A stretch of DNA of 64,000 bases from Chlorokybus atmophyticus (taxonomy: Eukaryota > Plantae > Mesostigma and Chlorokybus algae), in contig RHPI01000810.1 in NCBI GenBank assembly GCA_009103225.1, forward strand, positions 977,080-1,041,079, read 5' to 3'. The position numbers and the translations under genes are program-made. Shown in pieces: positions 58,982 to 64,000 of this stretch. How positions within the stretch are numbered: the first letter of the stretch is position 1; the number at the start of each line of letters is the position of its first letter. The notes beneath the pieces were generated by a model. The model did not search any database, was not told the DNA's origin, and worked only from the letters and a program-made list of their open reading frames with translations.

Positions 58982-60301
58982 GCGGGTAGATATGTTTGGT
59001 ATTCACAACGTATAATCTGTTATAAACACGACATTGACGGAATGAGATATGATGTATCACACGATTCAAGGGTGGGCATGCTGATCTGTCACAATGATAA
59101 CATTGTTTTCTGATCAAAGCTTTGCGCACACGTCATTCTCATTACGCGCACGTACACATAGATGAATGAGTTGATGTGATTACGAACAAGTGTGAACATT
59201 TTATAATCTTACAAATGTCAAGTTTACAAGTTTTATTGAGGCGTGTCATAATCACAATATGCGTGCCTCATAATCCAAGGCTTATTTAATCGTGTGTAGC
59301 TCCAAAGAACTTCCTAATGCGTGACAGTCACGCATAAAAAGGCCATTTTCAATAGGTGCACAGCTAAGGTGGTGCATTGCATGCCCTTGTTAAACGTGCC
59401 GCATAGGGCCTGATTCATGCTTCTCGCTTCTCAGGTCTGTACACCCCGGCCCACCGTGCGTCCGTACCCACTGTATCAGCCGGAGTATCTATGTATCTGT
59501 CGCGCGAATAGTGGCGCGCTATCACGATTGAAGCGCGGCCGGTTCAGACAGAATCGGTCCCAAGGGACGACACGTGTTAGTGCAACCGTGGTCGTGGAGT
59601 TGAGTGATTGAGCCGAATCTCGCCGTTGGTGGCACTCACTGGCACTGTGCCCATCGGAAAAAGGGTGAAGAACCGTGTGAACAGGAACGGGACTGGAGTC
59701 ACAAGTTGGTAAGTTAGCGGCGCCGTTGAGCAAGCAGAGGCGCGGGCGGCGAAAACTTTTCCAAAACAAGGGGGCGAGGAGGCGCGCGACGATGACGACA
59801 ACCACAGTGATGATGAGGCCGCGTACCAGCAGTGCAGGTGGTACACTCTGCTCTGTACACTGTGTACTGCCGCAGGGTACAACAGGTGACAAGTGCTACA
59901 CGAACGGCTAGGAGAAGCAAACGAAAAGAAGCGTGCGTGTAAGATGTAAACGTGGCTGAATCCTATGCGTCGGTGTACCCCCGCGTGGCAGGGTCTGCGT
60001 AAGCGGAAGGGTCGCGCGCGCGCGCTCGCGATCGGTGCGAGGCTGGAGGACAGAGGTGGGGTTGCGGGCAAGACGGGCGGAGTGGCTGACGCCTGCCCTT
60101 ACGGCGGTGGGGGCGGCGGTGTCGGCGGAGGGGGGAGCTGGGCTAGGGTTTGGGACTTTCGGCCCACGGCAGACGGGAACTCTGTATTCTCCGGTAGACG
60201 TGGTGGCCTCGTGCCGGGGCGCCGGCGGCGTCAGGGGCGGGGTCCCTGGGCGGGGCCCCCCCGCCGACCGGGGCGGCTGGGGGTGGGGTGAGGACAGGGG
60301 G

Positions 60302-62811
60302 ATGGCCGGCGCCGTTGGCGACGCGCTCAGCGGAGGAGGGGCTGCTGGAGGGGGCGGAGGAGCAGGAGGTATTGCTGTAGGAGGAGGAGGAGGAGGGGTA
60401 GGGTTGCCCGGGGATTCCTCGTCGGGAGCGGGGGTGGCTGCTGGGGTCGGCGGGGGCGTCGGGGCGTCTGCCAACACTGGTAGCAGCATGATAGGTAACA
60501 ACGTGATTCGCACGCTGTTTGTATCTGGGCTGCCGGCGGACGTGAAGGAGAGAGAAGTACACAACCTCTTTCGCTTCTTTCCGGGGTTTCTGGGCGCCCA
60601 GCTCACGCCCGCGCCCAAGGGCCACCCTTTGCCAGTCGCTTTTGCCACCTTCGCCCACCCGGCACACGCCCTCGCTGCTAAACAGGCCCTTCATGTGAGT
60701 TGCACAGGCAACACGCCGCGCCCAACACTAGGCGACGCATAAGAAACTTTCTTTGCTTTTTGGTCCCTTTCGGCTGCCCTCTTACATGCATGTGCTCTCC
60801 ACCCCACCGCTGTTGCTTCACATTTTGGGACGTGCTTGCTAAGTGCGCTGCAAGAAGAGTCAAGTTCAGTGCTGGTCACATGTGTTTTGTCTGTGATTTG
60901 TCCTCACTTAGTTGTCTCCTTAGGGTCTGCGCTTTGACCTGGAGTCTGCGATGCAACTGCGCATAGAGTTGGCGCGCGCCAACTCCAAGCCCAAGCGTCC
61001 CCGCATGCCCTCCCGACCACCTGGTATACACTAAATTGAGATGCTGAAATGCTCCACATGTTTTTTGTCAAGCAGTTGGTAGTCTTGCAAGATGTTCACT
61101 ATGAAATACGCGGTTGCTAGAACAATTATCTACATCTTCGGCATAGCATAACCAAGGTGTAGACAATTGATGTCGAGTTGGTTGTCAATGCTCAGACTGT
61201 TGCAATGGCTTCATTCTCCGTTGCAGATTGGTTGCACACGCCATGGTATGCACACTTGTGAGAGCATGCTCTGCATGTCCGTGCAGCAGTAGGTTTGAGT
61301 TTGTTCTGATGCTGCATGGCGCTGGCAGGGGAGGAGCCGTATGATGGTGGGGGTGTTGTTCTGGGCATGGATGCATTGACATCAGCACTGGCCGCGACGT
61401 CGTTCATGGGGGGTGCTGGTGGGGAGATCGGCCGCAGCGGTGCGACCTCACCTCCATCATCCGCCACCGCAAGTTACACTACCCAGCAGCAGCCCCCTCC
61501 TTCACCCGCACGCACCCCAGGACCTGCACTCAGCGCGCCGCCCTCCCCCGCACCCTCCCCCGCAATCCCCACCTACTCGCACGACCTGCACGCGCTCTGG
61601 AACTCGCCAAGGTGAGAGTTGCCTATGGTGGTGCGTCACTCATGCACAGAAACAAGCTCGTGGGTTTCTGTCCTTTATTCACCAGCATTTTCATTTTGCA
61701 GCAGCGTTGATTCAAGCACATGTTCTTGTCAAGCTGGTGGTCATTGCACAGTCAGCCAGGCATTGCTGCATGATTTTTCCTGATTGGTACCTGCAACTCC
61801 TATTAAAGTCAGCATTGTTGACGATGATGCCCTCATCCTATGCCATGAGGTGTGCAAGGAGATTTTGCACAACACGCCTCAATTTGCTTTTTGATCCAGC
61901 ATATACACATCTTTGCAATCGCCTGTGTAGAGTTCAGAACAATTATCACTGTGACAGAGGTAGTGTCACGTTGGTTATGTCATACTGTCTTGTTGCATGT
62001 AGTGGCATCACACCATTTGGTAGTATGGCATTGCTGAGAGGATACGTATTAGCGTCAGTGCTTGCAATCAGCGAGTAATGCCTACTGTCCCTCAACCAGT
62101 TGGTTGACAAATTGTTGCTGGCTGTGCTGCAGCATTCTTGGCGGACGGTTCCCCTCGCAAGCCACGGACGGCAGCAGCGCGCTGTCGCCCCCGTCATATG
62201 CGGCTCCTAGTGGATCGATGCCGCAGTTGCTGTCCACCTCATCGCCACCTCCACTGCCGCTCCCCCCGACACCAACATCGTCCCAGCAGCGCCTGTCCCC
62301 GCATCCCTCTACCGGCAGTGCCAACCCGCCCTGCAGCACTCTTTTCGTGGCCAACCTTGGCGCCACCGCCACGGAGGCTGAGCTGCGTGACCTCTTTTCA
62401 AGGTAAGGCACGACATGGTATCTTAACGGGCAGTGGTCCATCTGCAGGCATTGTTTGTAGTTCTGGTGCGTGTGTTTTGATCGGGTGGGATGTTACTGTT
62501 AGGGTTGCGGGCTTTGTCAAGCTGCGGGTGCAGAACAAGGGTGGGGCACCCGTGGCGTTTATTGAATACATGGTGAGTGAAACACAAAGGGTGCTTGTGC
62601 TTGCAACGCACTGCAGGCTTGTTGCGCTTGCAGTATCTGGTGCCATGTAGTAATGGCTGCCCCGTGTGCATGACAGGATGTTCGATACTCAGCAGCAGCT
62701 CTCAACCAGCTGCAAGGTGTGGTCCTGCGCTCCTCAGAACGCGGCGGTATTCGCATCGAGTATGCCAAGTCCCGCATGGGGCAGCCGTCTCGCGGTCTTG
62801 ATGTCAGCTAA
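60302..62811 (+). CDS. RBPMS/MEC-8/Scw1-family two-RRM RNA-binding protein
   Basis: Exons 60302-60694, 60924-61023, 61329-61611, 62133-62402, 62503-62572, 62677-62811 in phase; RTLFVSGLPADVKEREVHNLFR..GLRFDLE..LRIELAR; NPPCSTLFVANLG..VAFIEY..GIRIEYAKSRMG. Confidence 0.9.
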
Positions 62812-63957
62812 GCTGCTGCTCTTTGTCATCAGTCTCACTGACGCTGCTCCCATTGGCAGCCAGACATTTACCTTATCACATCGCGTCCCTTCTTTACCTC
62901 GCTCTCACTTGCGCACATGTCACCAATTCGGTACATATTCCCTCAGCCTTCCCCATCAGCACGTTGCAGACAACTCAACATGGGCAACAGTTACGCCAAT
63001 AAGCCAGCTGTTATATGACCCTTGCGTTGGTCACCTGTAGGGCTGCGAACATTGCCACTAGGGCGTTTGGTTGTAGCGCGCTTGTGCATGCACCAGCTGC
63101 GGATTGCAGCTTGTTGCTGTGGCAGGCATTTACCTTTTGTGTAGGCTTACTCATTAGTCCATTCAGTGTCACTGTAAAAATTTGTATATATCAAGTAGTT
63201 GTGCATGTGCTTTCACATGTCGCACGCACCACAAGTCAATATCGTACTCATGTAGAAGCCATGGCACACATTCATTTGCTTGCTAGTGCCTGCAAGGTGC
63301 GCACCTTTTAGGCACTAGCAAGCAGCCAAAACCCCTATATTTAGACATGTGTTAGTAGTCAGCTGCTGTTTCCTTTCAGTATGTCCCTGCGAGCAAAGAG
63401 AGACAAGGGGGGTGGCGAGCGCCAGTGTGAAACATAGGCAATGTAGTATACATTTGCGTTGCCAATGTGAAACACTATTTGCCTGCTGAGAAGGTGTGTA
63501 ACACAGCATCACTTGCACGCATGAAATAGTCTGTTAAACTTTGTACACTAGCTTAACCCACTTGTCAAATGGTGTCTGATGTAACTATCATACACTTTAC
63601 ATGGTATCATCCAAAATATATGTTATATGCATCATCTCAGTATGTCCTATGCAATCTTGATAGAGCAGCTTTTGTAAAGTTGGTCTCAATGTCATTTCAT
63701 ATGAATGTCATTTGCAATTTGCATTTTTATGCTAAATGTACACGTTTTGTGCCATCGTACATGTAATAAAACAATGGTTCAGTATGCGAGTAAAAACAAC
63801 TGATAATGGTATTATGTTAATACAAGTGCATATTGCGCGCACATTAACACGTCACATGTTGTTGTGCGCACAACATTCCATGCACATAGTTTAAAAGGTT
63901 GCAAGTTATGCAACCTTTATAACCTTTGCTGTTAAACGTTCATTAAAGTACATTTGC

Positions 63958-63960
<3 letters not shown>

Positions 63961-64000
<40 letters not shown>
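63961..64000. repeat. (AT)n microsatellite running to the window end
   Basis: 20 units. Confidence 0.97.

Noticed and set aside
1-64000. tRNA, rRNA or snoRNA genes
   Set aside because: None recognised; the only tRNA-related sequence is the 14-nt PBS

Overview
Eukaryotic nuclear DNA, most likely from the green-plant lineage (plant-type genes, GT-AG introns, PBS matching plant-type initiator tRNA-Met; the species cannot be determined). The window has two halves. 1-~39.7 kb is a nested transposon pile with no recognisable host gene. It is dominated by a young ~2.3-kb Gag-only (non-autonomous) Ty1/copia family ('family A'): about 10 gag copies and about 18 LTRs or LTR pieces, a half-tRNA(iMet) PBS, W-box-dense LTRs, and five insertions with verifiable 5-bp TSDs. 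These copies sit inside decayed Ty3/gypsy, L1-type LINE and CACTA-like elements and inside each other; a remnant of a related pol-bearing copia family ('family B') lies alongside. ~40-64 kb is a compact gene island with five intron-containing genes that I could model by splice phase: UBP1/TIA-1-like 3-RRM, CID7-like PAM2-CUE-Smr, a coiled-coil plus degenerate RhoGAP-like protein, a Tudor-like plus SAM protein, and an RBPMS/Scw1-like 2-RRM gene carrying a candidate 19-nt poison exon. Several hairpin or MITE-like remnants lie between them. All domain calls are from motif recognition by eye; no searches were run.
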